Below, piece after piece: positions 49,001 to 58,709 of a DNA stretch of 64,000 nt. The notes beneath the pieces are model-generated. The model made no database searches and had not been told where the DNA came from. It worked only from the letters and a program-made list of their open reading frames with translations. Origin of the DNA: Gaiellales bacterium. GTDB taxonomy: Bacteria > Actinomycetota > Thermoleophilia > Gaiellales > Gaiellaceae. The stretch covers positions 374 through 64,373 of the forward strand of contig JBBQQI010000002.1 in NCBI GenBank assembly GCA_038216085.1, written 5' to 3'. The number at the start of each line of letters is the position of its first letter. The stretch's first letter is position 1. Made by a program: the position numbers and the translations under genes.

Positions 49001-51649
49001 ATGACCTCGACGGCCGACCTCCCCGTGCCGGCTGCAGAAGACGTCGTCCTGCGGGACGGCTCCACCCTGCGCCTTCGCATGCCGACCGCGGGCGACGAGA
49101 CGATGCTCATCGACTTTTTTCGCGCGCTGTCGCCGGACAGCAGATACCTCCGCTTTCACGGCGCGACGATGATCGACCAGAGGACCGTCGCCGGGGCGCT
49201 CGAGACGGACTGGCCCACACGCGGCTCGCTGCTTGGAGAGCTTGCAGACGAAGCGGGGGTCGTCCGCCCGGTTGCGCTCGCAACCTATGTCCGCCTGCAC
49301 GACCCCTTGCGGGCCGAGGTCGCCTTCGCGGTCGCGGACGACCTGCACGGCCGAGGGATCGGGACGCGCCTGCTCGAGCGCCTCGCCGCGCATGCATCGT
49401 CGGCTGGGATCGACGAGTTTGTGGCCGAGGTGCTCTCACAGAACGGCGCCATGCTGCGGGTATTCGACGACGCCGGCTTCGAGACGGCGCGGACGTCGCA
49501 GTCTGGCGTGATCGAGGTGGTGCTTCGCCTTCGCTCTGCAGCCTCGCGTGTCGCCGAGCACCGCGACCAACGCGACCACATCGCAGTCTCGGCATCGCTC
49601 GAGCCGTTCTTCAACCCCGGCTCGGTCGCCGTCGTCGGTGCATCTCCGCGGCGCGGCACGATCGGCGGCGAACTCTTCCGCAACATCCTGGCGGCCGATT
49701 TCACCGGTGCGGCCTATCCGGTGAACCGCGGCGCGGAGCCGGTCGGCGGCGTCGCGGGCTACGCGACCTTCGCCGACGTGCCGGTGACCGTCGACCTGGC
49801 GATGATCTGCGTGCCCGGCGGTGCCGTGCTCGAGTCGGCCCGCGCTGCGCTCGAGTCGGGCGTCAAGGCCCTCTGCGTCATCTCGGCCGGCTTCGCGGAG
49901 ACCGGTGCGGAGGGGATGGCGCGGCAGAACGACCTGCTGGCGCTCGTGCGTGCGCATGGTGCGCGTCTCGTGGGGCCGAACTGCCTCGGCATCGCCTCGA
50001 CGGCGCAGCGCCTGAACGCGACGTTCGCCCGCCGTGCGCTTCCCGCCGGCCGGTCAGCGTTCTCGTCGCAGAGCGGCGCGCTCGGGCTGGCGCTCCTCGA
50101 GGAGGCCGACGCGCGCGGTCTCGGTCTCTCGAGCTTCGTCTCGATCGGCAACAAGGCGGACGTCTCCTCGAACGACCTGCTCGAGTACTGGGAAGAGGAC
50201 GACGAGACGGACCTGATCCTGCTCTACCTGGAATCGTTCGGCAATCCGCGGAAGTTCGCGCGCGTCGCGGGGCGCGTTGCCCGCTCGAAGCCGATCCTCG
50301 CGATGCGAAGCGGCACGAGCCGCGCCGGCGCGCGCGCCGCGAGCTCCCACACCGCCGCGCTTGCGAGCTCGGACGCTGCTGTCGACGCGCTGTTCTGGCA
50401 GGCAGGCGTCCTGCGTGCCGGCACCCTCGAGGAGCTGCTCGATGCCGCGGTGCTCTTCTCCACCCAGCCGCTGCCCCGAGGGAACCGCGTCGCCGTGCTC
50501 ACCAATGCCGGCGGCCTGGGCATCCTCTGCGCCGACGCCTGCGAAGGCGTCGGGCTCGTGCTGCTCGAGCTCACCGAAGAGACGAGAGCCGCACTGCGAC
50601 TGATCAGCCCCGAGGAGGCCAGCCTCGACAACCCGATCGACCTGCTCGGCTCTGCGACGGCCGCGACGTACGAGGCAGCGCTCCCCACGATCCTCGCTGA
50701 TCCCGGCATCGACGCCGTGATCGCCCTCTTCGTGCCACCCGTGGTCGCGACCGCAGACGACGTCTCCGCCGCCATTGCACGCGCGGCCCGCGGCGCCGAG
50801 AAGCCCGTCGTGCCGGTCGTGATGAGCGCCGACGGCGCTCCCGCCGGCAGCTTCTCGTACCCGGAGTCGGCTGCGCACGCGCTGGGCCTCGCCGCGCGCC
50901 GCGCGGCCTGGCTGCGCCGGCCGTCCGGAGCCGTCCCCGAGCTCGACCGGATCGATCGCCGCGCGGCAGGCACTGTGCTCTCGACCGCGCTCGCGGCGGC
51001 GGACGACGTCTGGCTCACACCGGGCGAGACCCGGGCGCTGCTCGTCGCATACGGGTTGCCGCTCGTCGAGGAGCGTTACGCGGCGACGCCCGACGCGGCG
51101 CTCGCCGCCGCCCACGAGCTCGGGTTCCCAGTCGTTGTCAAGACCGCGGCAGCGGGCGCGCACAAGACCGAGTCGGGCGGCGTGCACGTCGACCTGCGAG
51201 ACGTCGAGAGCATCACCAGCGCGGCGGCTCAGATCGGCGGGCCGATGATCGTCCAGCAGTATGTGAAGGGTGGCGTTGAGCTGCTCGCAGGCGCGATCCA
51301 GGACCCGGTGTTCGGCCCACTCGTCGCATTCGGCCCGGGCGGTGTGCTCGCCGAGCTGATCGGCTCGACGAGGCTTGCGCTCGCGCCGCTCGCCGATGTC
51401 GACGCCGACGAGCTCGTCTCGAGCGGCAAGGCCGGACTGCTCGTTGCAGGCTGGCGCGGCGCCGAGCCCGCCGACCGTGCAGCGCTCACCGACCTGGTGC
51501 ACCGGCTCGCGCGCCTCGCCGCCGACCACCCCGAAGTGGCAGAGCTCGATCTCAACCCCGTGATCGCCGGTCCCGGTGGCTGTGTCGCCGTGGATGCGCG
51601 CGTCAGAGTCTGCCGCCCGAGCGCGGCGCACCAGCCCAAGACCTGGTGA
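49001..51649 (+). CDS. GNAT acetyltransferase fused to an NDP-forming acyl-CoA synthetase (CoA-binding + ATP-grasp); Pat-like
   Basis: An N-terminal GNAT (VADDLHGRGIGTRLLE), then FFNPGSVAVVGAS (CoA-binding), GPNCLGI, SQSGALG, and a C-terminal ATP-grasp (FPVVVKTAAAGAHKTESGGV). Confidence 0.85.
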   Translation: MTSTADLPVPAAEDVVLRDGSTLRLRMPTAGDETMLIDFFRALSPDSRYLRFHGATMIDQRTVAGALETDWPTRGSLLGELADEAGVVRPVALATYVRLHDPLRAEVAFAVADDLHGRGIGTRLLERLAAHASSAGIDEFVAEVLSQNGAMLRVFDDAGFETARTSQSGVIEVVLRLRSAASRVAEHRDQRDHIAVSASLEPFFNPGSVAVVGASPRRGTIGGELFRNILAADFTGAAYPVNRGAEPVGGVAGYATFADVPVTVDLAMICVPGGAVLESARAALESGVKALCVISAGFAETGAEGMARQNDLLALVRAHGARLVGPNCLGIASTAQRLNATFARRALPAGRSAFSSQSGALGLALLEEADARGLGLSSFVSIGNKADVSSNDLLEYWEEDDETDLILLYLESFGNPRKFARVAGRVARSKPILAMRSGTSRAGARAASSHTAALASSDAAVDALFWQAGVLRAGTLEELLDAAVLFSTQPLPRGNRVAVLTNAGGLGILCADACEGVGLVLLELTEETRAALRLISPEEASLDNPIDLLGSATAATYEAALPTILADPGIDAVIALFVPPVVATADDVSAAIARAARGAEKPVVPVVMSADGAPAGSFSYPESAAHALGLAARRAAWLRRPSGAVPELDRIDRRAAGTVLSTALAAADDVWLTPGETRALLVAYGLPLVEERYAATPDAALAAAHELGFPVVVKTAAAGAHKTESGGVHVDLRDVESITSAAAQIGGPMIVQQYVKGGVELLAGAIQDPVFGPLVAFGPGGVLAELIGSTRLALAPLADVDADELVSSGKAGLLVAGWRGAEPADRAALTDLVHRLARLAADHPEVAELDLNPVIAGPGGCVAVDARVRVCRPSAAHQPKTW

Positions 51650-51762
51650 GCCGCCGACTCGTGCCGACTCACGGAGAAACCCCTTAGCGAGTCAGTGCCG
51701 GCCCCGATTCCCCGCGGCCGGCCCGCGGAGATGCTCGTGCCAAACCAATCAGGAGGCGCGAC

Positions 51763-52866
51763 ATGAAAGCGCTCGTCTACCACGGCCCCGGCCTGCGTGC
51801 CTGGGAAACGGTCCCTGACCCGGTGCTCGTCGATCCGACGGATGTAATCGTCGAGATCAGCGCATCGACAATCTGCGGGACCGACCTGCACATCCTCAAA
51901 GGCGACGTGCCCGAGGTGACTCCCGGGACGATCCTCGGCCACGAGGCCGTCGGCATCGTCCTCGAGGTGGGCGCGGCGGTGACGACGATCGAGCCCGGTG
52001 ACAGGGTGCTCGTGTCGTGCATCACCTCGTGCGGCCGCTGCCGTTTCTGCAAGGAGGGCCATTACGGACTCTGCACCGGAGGAGGCGGCTGGATCTTCGG
52101 ACACACGATCGACGGCCTTCAGGCGGAACGCGCTCGCGTGCCGTTCGCAGACACCTCGGTCTACAAGGTCCCGGACGGATTGACCGACGAGGACGTTCTT
52201 TTCCTGGCCGACATCCTGCCGACAGCCTTCGAGGTCGGCGTGCTGAACGGCGGCGTCCAGCCCGGTGACACTGTCGCCGTCGTCGGGGCAGGCCCCATCG
52301 GGCTCGCGACGATCATGACTGCGAAGCTGTTCACGCCCGGTCACATCATCGCGATCGACCTGGCCGACGCCCGGCTCGAGAAGGCACTCGAGTTCGGCGC
52401 AGACACGACGATCAACAACAGCCGCGACGACGCCGTGGCCCTCATCATGGAGCTGACCGAAGGGCTCGGAGTCGACGTCGCCGTCGAAGCAGTCGGGACG
52501 CCCGAGACGTTCGAGCTCTGCGCTGCGATCGTCCGTCCGGGGGGCCGCGTCGCGAACGTCGGCGTCCACGGCCACGCGGCAACGCTGCATCTCGAGACGC
52601 TGTGGATCCGCGACATCACGATCACAACCGGCCTCGTCGACACCACGACGACGCCGCAACTGATGAAGCTGATCCAGGAGCACCGGCTCGACCCAACTCC
52701 GTTCGCAACGCATCGGTTCGGCCTCGCGGACACCGAGCAGGCCTACGACGTGTTCGCGGCCGCAGCCGAGACGAATGCACTGAAGGTCGTCTTGACGGCT
52801 GAGCCAGTTCCGGCGCTGCCGACGAAGAAGGCAGCGGCGACGCTCGAACCGGCCGGCGTCAGCTGA
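51763..52866 (+). CDS. zinc-dependent alcohol dehydrogenase (MDR family)
   Basis: It has STICGTDLH, GHEAVG, the structural zinc site CGRCRFCKEGHYGLC, and the Rossmann motif VVGAGPIGL. SD CAGGAGG. Confidence 0.9.
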   Translation: MKALVYHGPGLRAWETVPDPVLVDPTDVIVEISASTICGTDLHILKGDVPEVTPGTILGHEAVGIVLEVGAAVTTIEPGDRVLVSCITSCGRCRFCKEGHYGLCTGGGGWIFGHTIDGLQAERARVPFADTSVYKVPDGLTDEDVLFLADILPTAFEVGVLNGGVQPGDTVAVVGAGPIGLATIMTAKLFTPGHIIAIDLADARLEKALEFGADTTINNSRDDAVALIMELTEGLGVDVAVEAVGTPETFELCAAIVRPGGRVANVGVHGHAATLHLETLWIRDITITTGLVDTTTTPQLMKLIQEHRLDPTPFATHRFGLADTEQAYDVFAAAAETNALKVVLTAEPVPALPTKKAAATLEPAGVS

Positions 52867-53539
52867 CCGGTGGTCGCAGGGAGCGCTCCGGCGCTCCCTG
52901 CCGCCCGTGCATCGTTGCGAGCCGGCGGTCGAGCGGTTCGTCGAGATGCGCCGCGACGATGTCGGCTCCGGGTGCGACGAGCCGGGATTGCACGCTGGCC
53001 GGCTCGGCGATCCCGACGACGAGCGCGAAGCCGCATCGTCTCCCCGCCCGAACGCCGGCTGGTGTGGTCTCGGAGAGAGCCGCGTCGCCGGGCTCGGCGG
53101 AGACCAGCCGCAGCGCGGCAAGCAATGTGTCCGGCGCCGGTTCGACCGGGAGATCTTGCGACACGATCTGGTTGCCGTCGAGGTATCCCTCGACGAGATT
53201 GGCGAGCCCTGCGTGCCGGATGCCTCGGCTTGCGAGAAACGCGCGTACACCGGCGAGCCTCGGCTTTGCGTGCACGTGTGCGTAGTAGTCGACGCGTGGG
53301 TCGAATCGAGGGAAGTGTCCACCCGTGCGCTCGATGCGATTTGCAATGAACTCGTTGAACGTCAGCTCCCACGCCGCTGAGTGTGCAGCCGAGGTTCCGG
53401 CAAGCACGCCGTCGAGGCTGAAGAGGCACGCAGTGATGTCGGGGCTCAAGCCGAGCAGCCACGGGACCTCCCAGGTCGGAACGAGTAGATCAGACGTCCA
53501 TGAGGCGACGTGCCGCTCGAGAGCGATCTGTTCGAGCAC
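52859..53539 (-). CDS. HAD superfamily beta-phosphoglucomutase-like protein with degenerate catalytic motifs
   Basis: It is collinear with beta-PGM-type HADs, but motif I reads FSLDGVL (DxD changed to SxD), the motif III region reads VEPAPD (K changed to E), and the motif IV region reads LSETT. Confidence 0.65.
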   Translation of the reverse strand: MLEQIALERHVASWTSDLLVPTWEVPWLLGLSPDITACLFSLDGVLAGTSAAHSAAWELTFNEFIANRIERTGGHFPRFDPRVDYYAHVHAKPRLAGVRAFLASRGIRHAGLANLVEGYLDGNQIVSQDLPVEPAPDTLLAALRLVSAEPGDAALSETTPAGVRAGRRCGFALVVGIAEPASVQSRLVAPGADIVAAHLDEPLDRRLATMHGRQGAPERSLRPPVS

Positions 53540-53593
53540 GCGCGTTCCCGACGCGGAGCGAGGTCTGGCTGCGGCTGTCGAAGCGTACGGCCC

Positions 53594-54022
53594 TTAGAAA
53601 CGTCCGCCCGGCCAGGCGACCCCGGCGTAGCGCTCGACGACCGGGCCGGCCGGCGGCGGCACGAGACAGAAGAACTCGGTCTCCACGACACTACCCGGGA
53701 AGATTCGTGCGAACGGGTCCTGGTCGAAGAGCGACGGGTCAGTCGCAACGGTGACCGCCCCGCCATAGTTGACGGAGTCGAGCGCGAGGGTCGTGAGACA
53801 GACGAGCGTATCGCCGAGCAGCGGGATCCACCAGGCGAGCGCATCCCGACGAACACCCTGTACCTCGGGCGTGTCGTAGGGCAGCTTCGCCTGGTCATCC
53901 GCGATTGCGCACACGTGCGCCCACGAGCGTACCGGCTCGCCGGCGAAGCAGCGCGGGTCGGCTCTGAAGCGGCGCCCTGGAGCGCCGAGCTCCCGCGACA
54001 GCGTGATGCCGTCCCAGGCCAA
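53594..54022 (-). CDS. hypothetical protein, possibly SMI1/KNR4 (SUKH)-like
   Basis: ORF 53594..54130 trimmed to TTG 54020-54022 to avoid overlap with the redoxin gene. The pattern W..I...LG.....F...WIPLLGDTLVCL..LD...YGGAV resembles SUKH-1. This is weak. Confidence 0.35.
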   Translation of the reverse strand: MAWDGITLSRELGAPGRRFRADPRCFAGEPVRSWAHVCAIADDQAKLPYDTPEVQGVRRDALAWWIPLLGDTLVCLTTLALDSVNYGGAVTVATDPSLFDQDPFARIFPGSVVETEFFCLVPPPAGPVVERYAGVAWPGGRF

Positions 54023-54039
54023 CCGGGACGATCCCTGGT

Positions 54040-54537
54040 TCAGCTGAGCTCCCAGTCGCTGCGGGTCGCCATCGAGATCGTGCGCATGTCTTGGCGGATC
54101 TCTTCGAGAGTCGGTCGGCCCCAGTACCAATAGCCGTTGTAGGCACGGTGAACCCGGAGATCTGGAAAGAGCGTGAACGCGGTGGGCCGGTATGGATCGT
54201 GGACCGAGTCGGTTGTCTCGCGCAGCTTGAGTTGGTCGAGGTAGACGCGCTGGTGGTCGGAGAGGAACGTGAACCGCGCACCGAGCCCGGCGCGAAAGGC
54301 GGACTGCACCTCAGGAGGGTCGACGCTGATCGCCACGATCTTGCTGTAGGCCACCTCGAACTCGTCCTGCAGTCGCACGAGCTCGCGGAAGTAGTGCTGC
54401 TCCTTGGGGCACCACCAGCCGCGCGAGAAGAAGAGCGCAACGGGGTCGCCGCCTGCGAGCTCGGACAGTGTCCGACCGCGGCCGGTGTGATCGGGAAGGG
54501 CGAGATCCGGGAAGACGGCGAGCTCGTCAAGAGCCAT
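54040..54537 (-). CDS. redoxin/AhpC-TSA family thioredoxin-fold protein
   Basis: It has PVALFFSRGWWCPKEQHYF...KIVAISVD. I prefer the ATG at 54535-54537 because AGGAGG lies 8 nt upstream. Confidence 0.7.
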   Translation of the reverse strand: MALDELAVFPDLALPDHTGRGRTLSELAGGDPVALFFSRGWWCPKEQHYFRELVRLQDEFEVAYSKIVAISVDPPEVQSAFRAGLGARFTFLSDHQRVYLDQLKLRETTDSVHDPYRPTAFTLFPDLRVHRAYNGYWYWGRPTLEEIRQDMRTISMATRSDWELS

Positions 54538-54712
54538 GCGGCGACCTCCTGGCATCGACGGTCCAAGCGTGGTCGCCGCACATCGGGCAGCGCTCCGGAG
54601 GCCCGATGACGTGCACGCCGTACGAGCACGTCGCGCACAAGAAGGAGCGCCGCTGTGGACGCGGCGGCGGCGCGGCGGCGGTCAGGAGCCTTGCAGCGAC
54701 GAGTGGACGCAT
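54527..54712 (-). CDS. small rubredoxin-like zinc-ribbon protein
   Basis: It has FLCATCSYGV...PERCPMCGDHAW (CxxC...CPxCG). 61 aa, overlapping both neighbours by a few nt in an operon-like arrangement. Confidence 0.4.
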   Translation of the reverse strand: MRPLVAARLLTAAAPPPRPQRRSFLCATCSYGVHVIGPPERCPMCGDHAWTVDARRSPHGS

Positions 54713-55905
54713 GCCGGTTCAGTCTCGGCGGGGGTGCGAGCGTTACGAAGGAGGGTCAGCGAGATGAGCGGGAAAACGATCACGGACAGCAGGCCGGCGG
54801 CGACGAGCGCGACGTAGTTCGTCGGCCTGATCAGGCCGAGGTCGACGCCGATCTGCCCGGCGACGACGGGGATGCTCAGCGACGTCGCCTGCAGGAGCGC
54901 CGCGGCGACGATCTGGCTTCTCTGTTGCGCGAGCGGCCGATACATCAACGCCGGCAGACCGCGCACGAGTAGCAGGGCGCCGAGGAAGATCGGGACGCGA
55001 GTCAGTGCGGCGCTGCTGTGGAAGAGGCTTGTGACGTCAAGCTTGATTCCGGTCGAGACGAAGAAGAACGGGACGAAGATCCCGAAGCCGGCAGCCTCGA
55101 GCTTCCCGTGGAAGAACGCGTGAGTCATCGACTCGTCCCGGTCGACGAGCTTCAGCGTCGCGCCGGCCAGGAACGCGCCGAGGATGGCTTCGAGCCCGAA
55201 CTTCGACGCGAGCGCGACGAACAGCGTCAGCAGCAGGAACGCGCCACGCACGCGGATCTCCGCGGTCGTGTCCTGGAGGCGGAGCAGTGTCTCCGACAGC
55301 CGCGCCGAGCGTTGGAGGCCGAGGATCGTAACGCCCACGGCCACCGCGAAGACGAAGAAGCCGATCAGCAGCACGAGCTTGCCGCCGAGACTGCCGGTGT
55401 GGCCGGAGAAGAACAGCGAGAGGAGCACGATTGGCATCACCTCGGCGATCGAAGCGCCTGCGACGACGAGCTGGCCGAACGGCGTCGAGGTCTCTCCCGC
55501 GTCCTTGAGGATCGGCAGAATGACGCCGAGGCCGGTCGCAGAGAGCACGATGGCGATCAGCAGCGGCGATTTCACGAGCCCGCCGCTCTTGAGCCCATAG
55601 CCGACGGCGAGCGCGAGGCCGAACGAGAACGCGAAGCCTGCGCCTGTCAGGCGCAGCAGGCGCCCGCGCAGGCCGTTGAAGTCGATCTCGAGGCCCGCGA
55701 GGAGCAGCAGGAACGCGAGCCCGATCAGGCTCAACACCCGGACCGGCTCATCGCTTGTCGCCCAGCCAAGCCCCTGCGGGCCGATCACGATCCCTAGCAG
55801 GATCTCGATCACGATCGCGGGCAGCCGCAGCCGCGCGAGGCCGATGCCGAGGGGCGCGACGACCGCCACCGCGGCAACGAGCGCGACTGAGGTGAACGAC
55901 ACCAA
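54682..55905 (-). CDS. cation:proton antiporter (CPA2/Kef-type Na_H_Exchanger)
   Basis: About 12 TM segments, with LPAIVIEILLGIVIGPQGLG and LLLLAGLEID typical of the family. Confidence 0.9.
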   Translation of the reverse strand: MVSFTSVALVAAVAVVAPLGIGLARLRLPAIVIEILLGIVIGPQGLGWATSDEPVRVLSLIGLAFLLLLAGLEIDFNGLRGRLLRLTGAGFAFSFGLALAVGYGLKSGGLVKSPLLIAIVLSATGLGVILPILKDAGETSTPFGQLVVAGASIAEVMPIVLLSLFFSGHTGSLGGKLVLLIGFFVFAVAVGVTILGLQRSARLSETLLRLQDTTAEIRVRGAFLLLTLFVALASKFGLEAILGAFLAGATLKLVDRDESMTHAFFHGKLEAAGFGIFVPFFFVSTGIKLDVTSLFHSSAALTRVPIFLGALLLVRGLPALMYRPLAQQRSQIVAAALLQATSLSIPVVAGQIGVDLGLIRPTNYVALVAAGLLSVIVFPLISLTLLRNARTPAETEPACVHSSLQGS

Positions 55906-55935
55906 CTCGTTATGGTGTCGCGACGCGGCGATTCG

Positions 55936-57810
55936 TTACGTGGAACGAGCCCCGGGGGCTCGGTCGATCTCGTAGGCGGCGGTGATCAGCCCGATGTGGC
56001 TGAACGCTTGCGGGAAGTTGCCGAGTTGCTCACCGGACGCGGTGTCGATCTCCTCGGCCAGCAGCCCGAGGTCGTTGGCGTAGCCGGCCAGCTGCTCGAA
56101 GAGCTGCTCGGCACGCTCGATCTCGCCGGCCTGTGCAAGGCATGAGACGAGCCAGAACGAGTAGATCACGAAGGTCCCCTCCTCGCCGGTCAGGCCGTCG
56201 GCGTTCAGGCCATCCTCGTTGCGGTAGCGAAGGACGAGGCCGTCCTCAGTCAGCTCGCGGGCGATCGCCTCGATCGTCGAGCGCATCCGCTCGTCAGTAG
56301 CCGGCAGGAAGCCTACGATCGGCATCAGAAGCTGCGCCGCGTCGAGCTCGCCCGAGCCGAACGACTGCGCGTATGCCTGCTGCTCCTCGCTCCAGCCGCG
56401 CTCGAGGATGGCGTCGCGCACGGCGTCGCGCGCCTTCGTCCACTCGGCCGTCCTCGCATGCTCGCCGAGTGAGGGAGCGAGCTTGACAGCGCGGTCGAGG
56501 GCGACCCAGCAGAGGACCTTCGAGGAGAGATGGTGGCGCGGCTCGCCGCGCATCTCCCACATGCCCGCGTCGGTCTCCGACCAGCGCTCGGCGGCCTGGT
56601 CCGCGAGGTAGGCGACGAAGCCTTGGATCTCCGGGTGCAGCTCGCCGAGCTGCTCACGGTAGACGTAGAGAGCGTCGAGCAGCTCGCCGTAGACGTCGAG
56701 CTGTGTCTGCCCCCACGCGCCGTTGCCGACACGTACCGGCTGCGAGTCCCGCCAGCCGGCGAGGTGGGGCAGCTCGCGCTCGGTCAAGTCGTGCTCGCCA
56801 CCGATCCCGTACATGATCTGGAGCGACGCGCCGCCGCCCGCGGAGCTCGTCATGAAGGACACGAACTCCTCGGCCTCGTCGCTGCAGCTTCCGATGTAGA
56901 GCGCCTGCAGCGTCAGGCTCGCATCGCGGATCCAGGAGTAGCGGTAGTCCCAGTTGCGCTCGCCGCCGACCGTCTCGGGCAGCGACGTCGTCGGCGCGGC
57001 AACGATCGCGCCGGTCGGACGGTACGTCAGGCCCTTGAGCACGCGCGAGCTTTCGCGCACGAGCTCCCTGTGCGGCCCCTCGTAGACGTCGTGCTCCGCC
57101 TCCCAGGAGCGCCATCCTGCGGCGGTGTCTTCGATCCGAGCGGCGACGGCGCCCGGCGCGGTCGCCGCCGGCGGCTCGTGAGCCTCGGTCGGGATCCAGC
57201 GCAGAGAGAAGCCAACCTGCTCGCCGGCCGAGACGCTGAACGTGGCCTGCATCGTCACGTCCTCGATCTCGACAGGAACGCCTGCGCGGACGGTGATCCG
57301 ATTCGGGCCGCCGAACGTGAGGCCGCCGTCGCCCTCCTTGCGGAACAGCGGGCGCACGAGACCGTACTCGGTGCGCGGTGCGAGCTCGAAGACGAGCTCC
57401 ACCTCGCCCGAGATGCCCTCGACGCTCCGCACCAACTCGCGCGGCGCGTCGAACCCCAGGTCGTGCCCGCGCTGGCCGACCGCGAAGACGAGCGCGTCGG
57501 TGACCTTCGCGGTTCCGGTGTCGGTCGTGAAGGTCGTCTCGATCACGAGCGTCCCGGGGAGGTAGCGGCGTTTGCTCGTGAACGCTCCGGACGGCCGGAT
57601 CGACCAGTGGCCGGCCGCCGGGTCGAGGATGCGCCCGAACACGGAGCTGCTGTCGTACCGGGGGAGGCAGAGCCAGTCGATCGAGCCATCCCTGGCAACG
57701 AGCGCGGCCGAGTTGCAGTCGGCCAGGAGCCCGTACTCCGCGATCGGCTGCGAGCCGCGCGTCGCGCCTGCGGGTACAAACTCCGCAGCGTCAGCTGTCG
57801 TTGTCGCCAT
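55936..57810 (-). CDS. glycoside hydrolase family 15 (glucoamylase/trehalase-like)
   Basis: It has YGLLADCNSAALVARDGSIDWLCLPRYDS, WDYRYSWIRDAS and GNFPQAFSHIGLI. Confidence 0.9.
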   Translation of the reverse strand: MATTTADAAEFVPAGATRGSQPIAEYGLLADCNSAALVARDGSIDWLCLPRYDSSSVFGRILDPAAGHWSIRPSGAFTSKRRYLPGTLVIETTFTTDTGTAKVTDALVFAVGQRGHDLGFDAPRELVRSVEGISGEVELVFELAPRTEYGLVRPLFRKEGDGGLTFGGPNRITVRAGVPVEIEDVTMQATFSVSAGEQVGFSLRWIPTEAHEPPAATAPGAVAARIEDTAAGWRSWEAEHDVYEGPHRELVRESSRVLKGLTYRPTGAIVAAPTTSLPETVGGERNWDYRYSWIRDASLTLQALYIGSCSDEAEEFVSFMTSSAGGGASLQIMYGIGGEHDLTERELPHLAGWRDSQPVRVGNGAWGQTQLDVYGELLDALYVYREQLGELHPEIQGFVAYLADQAAERWSETDAGMWEMRGEPRHHLSSKVLCWVALDRAVKLAPSLGEHARTAEWTKARDAVRDAILERGWSEEQQAYAQSFGSGELDAAQLLMPIVGFLPATDERMRSTIEAIARELTEDGLVLRYRNEDGLNADGLTGEEGTFVIYSFWLVSCLAQAGEIERAEQLFEQLAGYANDLGLLAEEIDTASGEQLGNFPQAFSHIGLITAAYEIDRAPGARST

Positions 57811-58135
57811 TCGCGCTCACCTCCACATAGACCTTGATTGCATCACGGTTCTCGGTCAGCTCGCGGATCATCTGCTCGTAGTTCTCGAGCCCGGCGATCG
57901 GCGTCGTGAGCAGCAGCTCGAGCCAGCCGGGATAGATCGCCTCGACCTTGATCAGGTCGTCGACGCCGCTGCGAAAATCGGCGGGTGCGGCGTTCACGAG
58001 CACGCCGCGGCCGTCGGGGACGGCGGTGAGCTCCGGCTCCGGGATCTCCCGGCGGTCGAGTTGGGCTTTCCTGGGTGAAGGGCTAGAGCTTTCATGGTTC
58101 TTCGGTCTCCCGTGTCCGCCCGTTACAGCCGCCAT
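57791..58135 (-). CDS. hypothetical protein (114 aa)
   Basis: Only the C-terminal part of ORF 57791..58624 is protein-like (VLVNAAPADFRSGVDDLIKVEAIYPGWLELLL...). The start is the ATG at 58133-58135, and the gene overlaps the GH15 start by 20 nt. Confidence 0.35.
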   Translation of the reverse strand: MAAVTGGHGRPKNHESSSPSPRKAQLDRREIPEPELTAVPDGRGVLVNAAPADFRSGVDDLIKVEAIYPGWLELLLTTPIAGLENYEQMIRELTENRDAIKVYVEVSANGDNDS

Positions 58136-58193
58136 GACCTCACCGACGATGCCGTTCGTCCCGCTCGAGACCTGCGCCCAAAGCTCGCCAGGA

Positions 58194-58634
58194 TCAGCGG
58201 ACGGTTGCCCCGTTCGGCCGCACGACGAGCCAGACACCGCCGAACTCGCTGACGTTCTGACAGAGGACCTGCAGCGGCTGCCGATCGCCGACGTAGTAGT
58301 AGAGCGGCTTGCCGGCGTAGGTGACTTGCCGGCTCGCGTCACTTCGCCGGACGGTGCCCAGCAACGACGCTGAGACCCCGCGGCCCGCGCTCGGCCGATG
58401 CGTGACGATGTATGGAGGCCACGCTTTCGCGCAGACACCTCTGCAGGTGCTGCGTCCTTGCGCGTCTCGCGTGAACGCATAGAGCGCAAAGCCACGTCCG
58501 TCGAACAGGATCCGACCGTAGGTCGAAGCGTGGACAGTGACCGTCGACTGGGCTCGCGAGCCCGAGGACATCGCGTTCGTGGCAAGCAGAAGCCCGGCGA
58601 CCGCGAGCAACGCGAGAGAGACAAGGGCGCGCAT
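58194..58634 (-). CDS. secreted protein of the Yx(FWY)xxD-motif lipoprotein family (COG4315-like)
   Basis: It has a signal peptide (MRALVSLALLAVAGLLLA), then GRILFDGRGFALYAF, CAKAWPP and GKPLYYYVGD. Confidence 0.75.
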   Translation of the reverse strand: MRALVSLALLAVAGLLLATNAMSSGSRAQSTVTVHASTYGRILFDGRGFALYAFTRDAQGRSTCRGVCAKAWPPYIVTHRPSAGRGVSASLLGTVRRSDASRQVTYAGKPLYYYVGDRQPLQVLCQNVSEFGGVWLVVRPNGATVR

Positions 58635-58709
58635 GCTGGTCAGTCTCTGGGGCCGGCGATTCCATACGTCCGCCGCCGAGGATCAGATGCCGTCGGAGCC
58701 GCCTGACTC

